A stretch of DNA of 63,206 nucleotides, filler included, from Guillardia theta CCMP2712 (lineage: Eukaryota > Protista > Cryptophyta), in NCBI RefSeq assembly GCF_000315625.1. It is 5 parts of 5 records of this genome, joined end to end, with 100 filler letters (N's around TTAATTAATTAA, not from the genome) between each part and the next. Parts side by side here need not be neighbours in the genome. Positions count along the whole stretch, not along the records: positions 1 to 18,704 come from NW_005434435.1; 4 more parts are not named here. One strand, given 5' to 3'. The position numbers and the translations under genes were made by a program. The first letter of the stretch is position 1. Each line of letters starts with the position of its first letter. The notes beneath the pieces were generated by a model. That model ran no database searches, was not told the origin of the DNA, and saw nothing but the letters and a program-made list of their open reading frames with translations. This document shows positions 8,983-18,804 of the stretch, piece by piece.

Positions 8983-11781
8983 TCACACCCGCCTGAACTC
9001 GATCAGCAACTCAGGGTAAGTCTGCCGCCGGTCGTACACGATGAACTCCCTGTGCTTGTCCAGACAGGCCTGCGGGTGAGTGTCTCGCGTTACCGCCATC
9101 ACTGAGTCATGCAGCCGGCTGCTGCCCGGCATGGCTGGTGGTCGTCGAGCTCTCCTCATCGTTTGCAGGGCCTCGAACGGCGTTCCTAGCGCCACTCGCA
9201 CCAGCAGCATGCGGCAGATCCCGTGGCTGTCAGGCGTGCAGTACTCGTCGCTCTTGCTGGAGTTCTCCGCCAGGTAGACCCCAGCTCCGAACAAGCCTTC
9301 CAGACTGCAGACCCGCTCGTCGAGCCCGGACTTCAAGATAGCATCCGCCATGTCGTGCTTTGTCCCGTGGAACAGAAACGCCTCGTTGCTCGTCTTGTCC
9401 TGTAGCAGCGAGCTCTTCATCCAGTCTCTGCAGGTGCTGACCTTGGTCTTAGGGTGTCGATTCCCCTGCTGCAACATGAGCTGACCTATAGATCTTCGCT
9501 CTAGAGCATACGCCGACCACAGCCCCGCATGCTCTATACGGAAGACTCGCTCCACCTCGTATCCTTTATACTTGAGGCCCTTGTTGTTTCTTCCTTGCCC
9601 GAGGTACTGCGACTTACACGTCGACGTCATCAGCTCTTGTATCCTATCCTTCCATTCGCTTGTAAGGTCGACCTTGATGTCCGCGCTCGTACCGCTTGAT
9701 TGACTCTGCCAGTAGTAGGGAGGCTTCAGCACCGCGCGATCCTGCGCGAGAAGCAGCTTCTCTGTCTCGACGTCTCTTGTCTTTCGTTGGAGCTCGGCCT
9801 CCCGCTGGCTCAACGTCCTTAGCTCTGACTGCACCTGACGCTGCTGGTCTTGCAGAAGCTGACCTTGCTTGTTCAGCTCGGCCTTCTCTTTCTGTAGCTG
9901 CTCCTTCCTGGACCTGTCGTCGTCTTCGAGTTGCTTGCCTCTAGACATCAGGTCTCGCTGCTGCTCCAGCAGCTGCCTCTCCTCACGCTGCACGCGCTCC
10001 CTGCGCTGGTGCATCTCCCTCTCCCTCTCGTTCAGCTCGTCTTGCTGTGTAGCCAGCGCCTGACGCTCTCGATCGAGCCGCTCCCGCATGTCAGCGCGCT
10101 CCTTGTCAAGATGTTCGCGTTCCAGGATCATAGCATGGCTGAAGTAGCGGTGAGTCAGAGCCTCGACAGATGAAGGCCTCATGCTTGGATTGGAATCGAT
10201 GAGTCTAAAAACAAGATCCTTCGCCTCTTCTTGTAGCCTGACCACCATCACCGTGATGTTCTCTCGCCGCGACCCACTTGTCCATACCTCTGTCAACACC
10301 TCGAGCATCACCAAGCCATACGAGTACATGTCGCACTTGTGCGAGAGCTGCTTCTTGCTCGTGGAAGGGTCCAGCAGCTCCGGAGCCATGTAGCTCAGCG
10401 TACCCATGGCAAGGGTTGCGGTCACTGTCGCTGCCAGCTCCCTCGCTCGGTCCTCTTGCTCCCTCGACACGTCAAAGTCCGCGATCTGCGGCTCTGCACG
10501 CTCGTCCTTGCAAGTCATCAGGATGTTGCCGGGCTTGATGTCGCAGTGGATGATCCTATTTCGATGCAGGTGCTCCAGCCCCTGCAGCACCTGCATCAGC
10601 ACCCTGTGCTTGTGCTGATCGCTGGGTTTGACATGCTCCACCCAGCTCGACAATGTCCCTCCGACGAGGAGCGGCATCTTCAGGTATCCCTTCATGACTG
10701 ACATCTCGAGTTCTCTCCCCTCTTCGATAAAAGCACTGCTCAGCTTCATGATGTAAGGATGCTCCAAGCGACGCAAGATGCTGGCTTCACGCAGGAAGCG
10801 TCTGCTTCCCCTAGTGCTGTCTGAGAGTACGAACTCCTTGATGACGTATTCTTCGTCTCCTTGCTTTACAAGCATCACGTTATGTCGGGCTCCCTTCTGC
10901 CCGGCCTGCGACAGCCGGTCAACCACTTTGAACATGTCCATAGTCTCGTGCCCAAACACAAAATCTCCGTCGCTACACCCTGCCTTGCGCTCCATGTCCT
11001 GCTTCAACTTGTTTCTGTGCTCAGGATAGTGACAGGCCATGCTCCACAGCCTGCTCTCCGTCCTCTCGAGCTCTTTGGCGCTTGCCACGAGCTTCGTTCG
11101 GATCGCTTCTTTCTTCTTCTCTACATCCTTGTAGGCCATCTTCTTCCTTTTGCACCTCTCTAGGTCAGATTTGTGATCGAACATCTCATCTTCCAGGCGC
11201 TCAACCGCCTGCTTCAGCTCTCCCCACCTGTCCAGCAGACGCTGCGGGTCTTCTAAGCTCTCAAACGTCTTCTTGTAACTGCTCAAGCCCTCGACATCTG
11301 CCATCTGATCTAGCTCGAAGGAAACAGTCTGTGCCCATGACAGAGCTCGCCTCAGCACTGACAGTAACGTGCCGAGGGGAAACTGGTCGATCAAAGAGCT
11401 GTCCACCCACACCTCGTCTTCAGACACAAACGCTGCCTCAAGCGCCATGTGCGTCTCCGGCAGAGCGTCTTCGAGCTGGCTCGTGTCTCCGCCGCTTGTC
11501 ACGGCCAAGCTCCCATCCAGCATTCCCACCAGCTGGCGAAGGCTATCGGCATATCGGCTTGCGACCTTTATCCTCTCCTCCCTTGCAGTAGCCAGCCTCC
11601 CATTCACCATCTCAACCCACTCGGATACCATCGACCTCGCTTCTTCTAGCCGGCACTCAAGATCTTGTGCAGAACAGCAATACGAAGCTGCACTTCTTGG
11701 ATCAGCTTGATCAACGTCACAGCTGCCCAAGCACGCTTGGACTCCTCCTACAAGCCCCTCTATTGCCTGCTTGTACTCCAC
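8983..11781 (-). CDS. Coiled coil + Ser/Thr kinase (DFD variant) + coiled coil + tankyrase-like PARP catalytic domain; probably the 3' part of the gene starting at 13421
   Basis: Kinase ~10140-10940: YVIKEF, HCDIKPGNIL, IADFD, GTLSYMAPE, DMYSYG. PARP ~8983-9730: FLFHGT, FGAGVYLAENSSKSDEY, HREFIVYD..Q.YPE (H-Y-E triad intact). The ORF starts at GTG and overlaps the upstream ORF. Confidence 0.9.
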   Translation of the reverse strand: MEYKQAIEGLVGGVQACLGSCDVDQADPRSAASYCCSAQDLECRLEEARSMVSEWVEMVNGRLATAREERIKVASRYADSLRQLVGMLDGSLAVTSGGDTSQLEDALPETHMALEAAFVSEDEVWVDSSLIDQFPLGTLLSVLRRALSWAQTVSFELDQMADVEGLSSYKKTFESLEDPQRLLDRWGELKQAVERLEDEMFDHKSDLERCKRKKMAYKDVEKKKEAIRTKLVASAKELERTESRLWSMACHYPEHRNKLKQDMERKAGCSDGDFVFGHETMDMFKVVDRLSQAGQKGARHNVMLVKQGDEEYVIKEFVLSDSTRGSRRFLREASILRRLEHPYIMKLSSAFIEEGRELEMSVMKGYLKMPLLVGGTLSSWVEHVKPSDQHKHRVLMQVLQGLEHLHRNRIIHCDIKPGNILMTCKDERAEPQIADFDVSREQEDRARELAATVTATLAMGTLSYMAPELLDPSTSKKQLSHKCDMYSYGLVMLEVLTEVWTSGSRRENITVMVVRLQEEAKDLVFRLIDSNPSMRPSSVEALTHRYFSHAMILEREHLDKERADMRERLDRERQALATQQDELNEREREMHQRRERVQREERQLLEQQRDLMSRGKQLEDDDRSRKEQLQKEKAELNKQGQLLQDQQRQVQSELRTLSQREAELQRKTRDVETEKLLLAQDRAVLKPPYYWQSQSSGTSADIKVDLTSEWKDRIQELMTSTCKSQYLGQGRNNKGLKYKGYEVERVFRIEHAGLWSAYALERRSIGQLMLQQGNRHPKTKVSTCRDWMKSSLLQDKTSNEAFLFHGTKHDMADAILKSGLDERVCSLEGLFGAGVYLAENSSKSDEYCTPDSHGICRMLLVRVALGTPFEALQTMRRARRPPAMPGSSRLHDSVMAVTRDTHPQACLDKHREFIVYDRRQTYPELLIEFRRV

Positions 11782-13421
11782 CAGACGAGCCTTACAACCG
11801 CCTTCACAGCTACCAGCTCGTCAGATGCCTGTATCAGGTCTGTCCTCGTCTTGTTTCGCGTCTTTATGCTCGCATTCTTCTTCTGTTTCGCGCATCCCAT
11901 GACCTCAGCTTGTCTGGTATCGAGTTCACCCTGCAAGGCCCGCACTCTACCCCAAGCCTCCCGCATACGCACATACGCCTCGTGGCCCCTGCTGCCCAGC
12001 AACTCTACCAAAGCAAGTAAGGACATGTGCGCCTGCGCTCCTGAGGCGAGCTCATTGCTGCACATCTTCTCCATCAGCTCAAGCAGCGACAGCTTTGCTA
12101 CCCCCTGCAAGCCTATGGATGAACCATGCCGCTTCGCCGCCTTCACCGCAGATCGCAGGGTAGTGCTCTTGTCTATGTTGGAAACACGCTTCTGCCGCAT
12201 CATCCAGCCCTCTATCTTGCTCGCCAGCTCCTCGTCCTGCCTCTCTCGCGCTGCCTCCGCCGCTGTTCGTCCGCGTGAGTCTCGCAGCTCCCCGAGCTCT
12301 CCGCCCCCGACCTCCAGCAGCCTCTCACAGACAGACCAGACGCCTCGCGCCGCCGCCGCGTGCAGCGCCGAGCCATCAACCATGTCAGTCTTGAGTGACA
12401 CACTGAATACGGCAGCACAATGACCTCTGAGGCAGGCTTTCTCCTCCATCTCTTCAAGGTCCCACACCCTCAGCGTCTGATCCCTACTCCCGCTGACAGC
12501 CGTCTTGCCGTCCCCGCTGATCGCCACGCCCAATACCCAACTGCTATGACCCTTGAGACAAGCCTTCTCCGCCATCTCCACAAGGTCCCACACCCTCAGC
12601 GTCCCATCCACGGTCCCGCTGACAGCCGTCTTGCCGTCCCCGCTGATCGCCACGCTCCATACCCTATCACTATGACCCTCAAGACAAGCCTTCTGCGTCA
12701 TGCTCCCAAGGTCCCACACCCTCAGCGTCTTATCCCCGCTACCGCTGATAGCCGTCTTGCCGTTCTCGCTGATCGCCACGCGCCTGACATGACCCCCAAG
12801 ACAAGCCTTCTCCTCCATGTTGTCGACGTCCCACACCCTCAGCGTCCCATCCCCGCTAACGCTGACAGCCGTCTTGCCGTCCCCGCTGATCGCCACGCTC
12901 CATGCTTCATCACTATGACCCTCGAGACAAGCCTTCTGCTTCATGCTCCCAAGGTCCCACACCCTCAACGTGTTATCCCTACTCCCGCTGACAGCCGTCT
13001 TGCCGTCCCCGCTGATCGCCACGCTCCATACCCTATCACTATGACCCTCAAGGCAAGCCTTCTGCGTCATGCTCCCAAGGTCCCACACCCTCAGCGTCGT
13101 ATCGTCACTCCCGCTAACAACCGTCTTGCCGTCCCCGCTGATCGCCACGCTCCATACCGCATCAACATGACCCTCAAGAAAAGCCTTCTGCTCCGTGCTC
13201 TCAAGGTCCCACACCCTCAGCGTCTTGTCCTTGCTACTGCTGACTATGGCCGTGACTCTCGCTGGTCCTACTGGATGCTTCTGCTTCAGTCGCTCTGCTC
13301 CTGCACTCACGGCCAGCGCTCTCACTTGGACCTCATCTCCTCTCTCGATCGCTTCGATCAGCTGCTGTCGCTTCCTCTCGTCCTCCATGCTCTGCTGCTC
13401 GTCGTCGGAGACCTGGCTCAT
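11760..13421 (-). CDS. Ankyrin / 7x WD40 / ankyrin + helical region (5' part of the kinase-PARP gene)
   Basis: Seven 42-aa (126-bp) units (one 3 aa shorter) of TAVSGS.D.TLRVWDL..M.QKACLEGH...V.SVAISGDGK, between ANK-like LIEAIERGDEVQVRAL and GSALHAAAARG..VCERLL..GRTAAEAA. Confidence 0.9.
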   Translation of the reverse strand: MSQVSDDEQQSMEDERKRQQLIEAIERGDEVQVRALAVSAGAERLKQKHPVGPARVTAIVSSSKDKTLRVWDLESTEQKAFLEGHVDAVWSVAISGDGKTVVSGSDDTTLRVWDLGSMTQKACLEGHSDRVWSVAISGDGKTAVSGSRDNTLRVWDLGSMKQKACLEGHSDEAWSVAISGDGKTAVSVSGDGTLRVWDVDNMEEKACLGGHVRRVAISENGKTAISGSGDKTLRVWDLGSMTQKACLEGHSDRVWSVAISGDGKTAVSGTVDGTLRVWDLVEMAEKACLKGHSSWVLGVAISGDGKTAVSGSRDQTLRVWDLEEMEEKACLRGHCAAVFSVSLKTDMVDGSALHAAAARGVWSVCERLLEVGGGELGELRDSRGRTAAEAARERQDEELASKIEGWMMRQKRVSNIDKSTTLRSAVKAAKRHGSSIGLQGVAKLSLLELMEKMCSNELASGAQAHMSLLALVELLGSRGHEAYVRMREAWGRVRALQGELDTRQAEVMGCAKQKKNASIKTRNKTRTDLIQASDELVAVKAVVRLVWWSTSRQ

Positions 13422-13889
13422 CCTCCTCCTCGCTCGTCCTGCAGCCCCAGCACAAGGACCTCCCGTCTTCCCTTCCTCCTCTCAAGCAGACCGTTTGCCG
13501 TCCTCGTCGTCCTCGTCGTGCTTGAGCTTGAGGTCCGTAGGGAGGAGTCAGAGAGAGCGAGAGGCCTGTAGCAGGGATGAGCAGCGGGACCTCTGAGGCT
13601 TGTCTGACAGCCTTGAGCCTCTCACACGTCTGTCGACCTCTTCTTCTTGTACATGTGCGTTTGTTGTCGTCTCCTCATCAGTCTTTCTTCTTGTCTCTCT
13701 CTATCTCCCCTGTCGTGTCTCTCCGTCTCTCTCCCTTGTCTATGTGTCCGTCTCTCTTGTCCATCGAGAAGACATATGAAGCAAGCTTTGCCCTACCTTT
13801 CCCCTCCCTTCCCTCCTCTATCCCTTCATCTTTCCCTCTTTCCCTTCCTCCCTCCTTTCCTTCCTCCTTCCTGAGGCTTGTCTGACAGC

Positions 13890-15215
13890 CTTGAGCCTCT
13901 CACAGGTCTATCTCTTGTATGTCTGTACTGTCTCTCGTATTTCTCTTTTTGTCAGTCTTGTCACTAGAATGTCTCTTGCTTTTGTCTGTCTCCCTCTGCC
14001 TCTCTTCTGTCTGTCTTTCAAAGATCTCTCGATCTCTTCTGCTTGTTCTTCTGCTCTTATTTCCGCTCGCGTCTGTCTCCTCATACATACCTCACGTCTT
14101 ATCCTTCTATTTCTCCCTCTTTCTGCATCTGGGCTGCTGGTCGTGATTCTGCTCTTTCTCTCTTCATTCTCTCTTGGCCCTCTTCCCCCCTTTCTCACCT
14201 CCTAAACATCTTGTAAACATCTATCGTTGTCTACTGCTTGTTCATCTTTCCCCTTTCTCACCCTCTCTCTCTCTCCCTTCCCTTGTCTTTCTCTCTTCTC
14301 TCGTTGCTCTCTCGTTGCTCTTCCTTGTCAAGCTGCTTCTCTTCCAGCCTCAGCTGTCTGCAGAGAGAGAAAGACGAGACGGGAGAAGAGAGAGAAGAGG
14401 AGAGGGAGAGCAGACAAGTGAAGAACAGAAGAGCGTACCGTCAGAGGAAGCGCACGGGGAGAGAGAAGGGAGAGGAGAGAGGATAAAAGATAAGAGAGCG
14501 AAAGAGAGGAGACGAGGAGAGAGGAGGCGAGAGCTTCTCCTCTTGGAGAGCAGGTAAGGATGGAAGAGGAGAGGACAGTAGAGTAGAAAGGCGATCAGAA
14601 AAGCGAAGGAAAGAGAAGAGGAAAGGAGAGGAGAGAGGAGGGAGGAGAATGGGGAAGAAGGAAAGAGACGGAAAGAAGGAAAGGAAGGGACTGAGAGGAG
14701 CAGATGTGACCGGAGAGAAGAAGATCTTGCACGAGAGGAGAGGAGAGGGGAAGCAGGTGAAAGGAGAGCAGATCAAAGAGAAGAGAAGATCAGGTCAGAG
14801 GAAAAGGCTGGCGGAGAGGAGAGTAGATAACGGAGAGAAGGCAGATGGGGAAAACGCAGAAGAGGATAGTCAAACAGCGGAGACGACGAGAGAACAAGTG
14901 GGAGTAGACAAGGAGAGGAGAGGAGAGATGAAATGAAGTGAAGTGAGATGTGAAGAGAAAAAGAGAAGAAGAGAAGAAAAGAGATAAGAAGAGAAGAAAC
15001 GAGGAGAGAAGAAAAGAAAAGTGAAATAAAGTACAGGATGAGAGGAGAGGAGAGGAGAGGAGAGGAGAGGAGAGGAGAGAAGAGAGGTGAGATGAGGACA
15101 AGACAAGACAAGACAAGAGAACAGAAGAGAACAGAACAGAACAGAACAGAAGACAAGAGAGTATAAGTCCTTCAACGTCTTCGTTTTTCTCTCTTCCGTC
15201 TCCTCTCCTCCCTCC
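13890..15215. repeat. Low-complexity polypyrimidine/polypurine region with (GAGAG)n, (GACAA)n and (GAACA)n microsatellites
   Basis: Direct reading; ORFs here are compositional artefacts. Confidence 0.85.
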
Positions 15216-16257
15216 CGGCATGAAATGTTCAACCCAACCGGCAAGGTAACTACACGGTAGAGGTAGGGTACCCTACCCTTTATGTTAGATGCATCTTATA
15301 TGCAAAGTACCGGTGTCAGACTCTGGCGGAGATGACAGAGGATAGGGGTAGGTGGAACTTGGGCAGTTTTACATGAAGCAGTCGAGGCATTATCAGCGAA
15401 CTTTGAAATTCTCGGGTCTGATTTCAAAATATCTATGTCTCACCGAAACATTTGCCGACCAGCAGTGCCTCGGATCCGGGACTCGGGACCTGCCGGTGAC
15501 CGGCCCGGCCCGGGCCCCGGAAACTCCCATCCCGGCACTGGCCCGGCCGTGGGCGGGGCCTGAGTCAGAGACTCAGACTCTGTTTCATCGTGTTCGGTCC
15601 GTACTGTCTGTACAAGATCAATAGTCAGGATGCGACGAATGAAATCAAATCGACTCAGTCTTTTATAGAGGCAGCTCACAGGCGTTCACGGCCTGAGGTG
15701 CAGCTGTGGCCGTAGGTCGAGCACAGTGTGGCCAGCAAGGAAAGGAGAGTGACGGGTTGTTCAAGAGGGAGAGAGGTAGAGCCAAGACTGCCACTCTCCT
15801 CCTCGTCTCCACATCGCCATACCTCCCCGCCGTCTCACTGAGCCTCTAGCTCAGCGGCAGCCTCGCGAGGCAACCTACAAGCTCACTGCTCTATCTACAC
15901 TACAACCCCCCGGTGCTGTATGAGCTCTGACAGTCTCGGCTGATCCACCCTTGAATGCAGGGGTCAGCTGGCGAGGGCCTCGGAGCAGACCGGGAGGGGT
16001 CAAGTGACCAGCTGTTGTCAGCTGGAGGCCTCACCTGTCACGGTCATGCGTCTAAGAGCGCTCGGGTGATCCCCTAGCAACAAGCTTCATCTCCATCCAT
16101 GCCGGCCAGCTTCGTGACCACATCCTCTCAGCTCCTCCGCCTCATCGCCCCCCCGTGAGCAAGACCTCTGGGTGTCCCTCAGCTCCTCCAGCACAACCCG
16201 ACATGCAAGACAAGAAGCTGCTGCTGACGTGACGCCTGCGGGAGGAGGCGACCTAGC

Positions 16258-16323
<66 letters not shown>

Positions 16324-16519
16324 ATTAAAAAGTCCTTCATTGAGGGGTAGGGTGTATAACCTTACCCCCTTCGTGTGGAGAGGAGAAGACAGGACAGGAC
16401 AGGACAGGACAGGGGGAGGGAGCAGGAGAAGGATGAGGGAGCAGGAGGAGAAAGACAAGGAGAGGAGACAAGAAAAACATGACGAGTTGACGGCAGTGGC
16501 GGCTGCTGCACACAACGAC

Positions 16520-17947
16520 CGGTGCCAGGTCTTGACCTCCTGCTCGAGAGCTTGTCTCCTGGCAGTAGCTCCGCTGCCTCGGATACGTAGGATGGCCACG
16601 TCAGCGGTGCTGGCGTGCGGCTGAAGCCAGCGAGCCTTGTAGACGAGCTTGGAGGAGCCTGAGCCGACCTGACGACTGTCGACCAGGCTGTTGTAGTCCA
16701 CCGATCGCACGCTTCCCAGCTGGAGACGAGAGGATCACATCAGTCATCGACCCTCATACAGACACAAACAGGACCTGAGCAACAGCGCCCTGCTGGTTGT
16801 CGTCGTCAAACGCCTGCTGCTCCGCGTCTCTCTGCTGGCGCTGCTGCTCGCGCTGGCGCTTCTTCGTATTGTCGCTTCTACACCTCTCATGTCGCTCCAT
16901 TTCCTCCTGCGCGGGCTTGACGTTGCCTTGCAGTGCCGCTGACAGAAGCTCCCCGCTCCATAGCCGCCGCATCCAGCCCTCTATCTTGCTCGCCAGCTCC
17001 TCGTCCTGCCTCTCTCGCGCTGCCTCCGCCGCTGTTCGTCCCAGCGAGTCTCGCAGCTCCCCGAGCTCTCCGCCCCCGACCTCCAGCAGCCTCTCACAGA
17101 CAGACCAGATGCCTCGCGCCGCCGCCACGTGCAGCACCGAGCCATCAGACTCCGTGACACACTTGATAGACACGCTGGTCACCCAATCAAAGTCACCTTG
17201 AAGACAAGCCTTCTGCTTCATGCTCCCAAGGTCCCACACCCTCAGAGTCTTATCCCTACTCCCGCTGACAGCCGTCTTGCCGTCCCCGCTGATCGTCACG
17301 CTCCATACCTTATGACTATGACCCTCAAGACAAGCCTTCTGCGTCATGCTCACAAGGTCCCACACCTTCAAGGTCCCATCCTTTCCCCCGCTGACAGCCG
17401 TCTTGCCGTCCTTGCTGATCGCCACGCGAAATACCATTTGACTGTGACCTCTAAGACAAGCCTTCTGTGTCATGCTCCCAAGGTCCCATACCTGCAAGGA
17501 GTCCATGCAACTGCTGACAGCCGTCTTGCCGTCCCCGCTGATCGCCACGCTTTCTACCGTATCACTATGACCCTCAAGACAAGCCTTCTCCGTCATGCTC
17601 GCAAGGTCCCACACCCTCAACGTGTTATCCCAGCTCCCGCTGACAGCCGTCTTGCCGTCCTCGCTGATCGCCACGCTCGTTACCCAGTCACTATGACCCT
17701 CAAGACAAGCCTTCTGCTTGATGCTCCCAAGGTCCCACACCCTCAAGGACTCATCGTCACTCCCGCTGACTATGGCCGTGACTCTCGCTGGTCCTACTGG
17801 ATGCTTCTGCTTCAGTCGCTCTGCTCCTGCACTCACGGCCAGCGCTCTCACTTGGACCTCATCTCCTCTCTCGATCGCTTCGATCAGCTGCTGCCGCTTC
17901 CTCTCGTCCTCCATGCTCTGCTGCTCGTCGTCGGAGACCTGGCTCAT
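16520..17947 (-). CDS. Paralogue: ankyrin / 5x WD40 / ankyrin + coiled coil, spliced to the N-lobe of a TKL-type kinase (3' end unclear, possibly truncated)
   Basis: N-terminus identical to the 13421 gene; five WD40 units; phase-0 55-nt intron 16774-16720 (GTCC..TCCAG) joins in frame to LGSVRSVDYNSL..QVGSGSSKLVYKARW..DVAILRI..EQEV. Confidence 0.75.
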
Positions 17948-18320
17948 CCTCCTCCTTGCTCGTCCTGCAGCCCCAGCACAAGGACCTCCCGTCTTCCCTC
18001 GCTCCTCTCAAGCAGGCCGTCTGCCGTCCTCGTCGTCCTCGTCGTGCTTGAGCTTGAGGTCCGTAGGGAGGAGTCAGAGAGAGCGAGAGGCCTGTAGCAG
18101 GGATGAGCAGCGGGACCTCTCAGGCTTGTCTGACAGCCTTGAGCCTCTCACACGTCTATCTCTTGCATGTGTCTAGTATGTCTAGTAGGCATCGCTTATC
18201 TGTATGTGCTTGTCCATCGAGAAGACACATGAAGCAAGCCTTGCCCTACCTTCCTCCTCCCTTCCTTCCTCTATCCCTTCATCTTTCCCTCTTTCCCTCC
18301 TCCCTCCCTCCCTTCCTCCT
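17767..18320. repeat. Segmental duplication of ~13241-13865 (gene 5' end and upstream region); the ankyrin part 16969-17147 also matches 12200-12376
   Basis: Near-identical sequence by direct comparison. Confidence 0.9.
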
Positions 18321-18704
18321 TCCTCTCCTTCCCTTCCCTTCTCTTGTCTCTTTCTATCGCTTCTCTCTCCTTGTCTCTCCCTCACATCACCTGACCTCTC
18401 CCTTCCCTCTCCCTTCCCTTCTCTTTCCCTCCCCTCGATCCTCTCCTCTTCCTCTGCTTATCCTACCGAGCTCTGTCAGGACCCCTCCTTTATCCCTCCC
18501 TCCCACCCCTACCCCACTCCCTTACCCCCCCGATCCAGGGGGTGGTACGAGGAGGGGAGAGAAGGTAGGGGGGTGGTCCAAATAATCCTACCAGAGAGGC
18601 TCAGGCTGTAGGGAGGGGTGAGGGAGGAAGGGCGAAGGGCCCTCCCGGATATGCTCTATCGCCGGGCAATTGGAATGTCCGGACCGAGGTTCGGGGCCCG
18701 GTCT

Positions 18705-18804
18705 NNNNNNNNNNNNNNNNNNNNNNNNNNNNNNNNNNNNNNNNNNNNTTAATTAATTAANNNNNNNNNNNNNNNNNNNNNNNNNNNNNNNNNNNNNNNN
18801 NNNN
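18705..18804. other. Artificial scaffold linker (N44-TTAATTAATTAA-N44)
   Basis: Identical 100-bp construct with stops in all six frames; occurs four times. Confidence 0.97.

Noticed and set aside
2938-13421. Endogenous giant virus or Polinton as the source of the intron-poor cluster
   Set aside because: No capsid, PolB, packaging ATPase or integrase hallmark is visible, and composition matches the host.
12420-13571. Long plus-strand ORFs opposite the WD40, ARM and kinase genes (also 17129-18097, 2328-3203, 5417-6241)
   Set aside because: Antisense shadows of repetitive GC-rich coding sequence.
13577-15244. Many Ser/Leu/Arg/Glu-rich ORFs (similarly 20381-21244, 37931-41653, 50295-54245)
   Set aside because: Translations of microsatellite or polypurine tracts in introns and intergenic DNA.
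11760-17947. Canonical NLR/HNWD gene or diversity-generating retroelement
   Set aside because: No P-loop NACHT/NB-ARC domain, no linked RT or TR/VR pair on this scaffold, and no evident adenine-specific variation.
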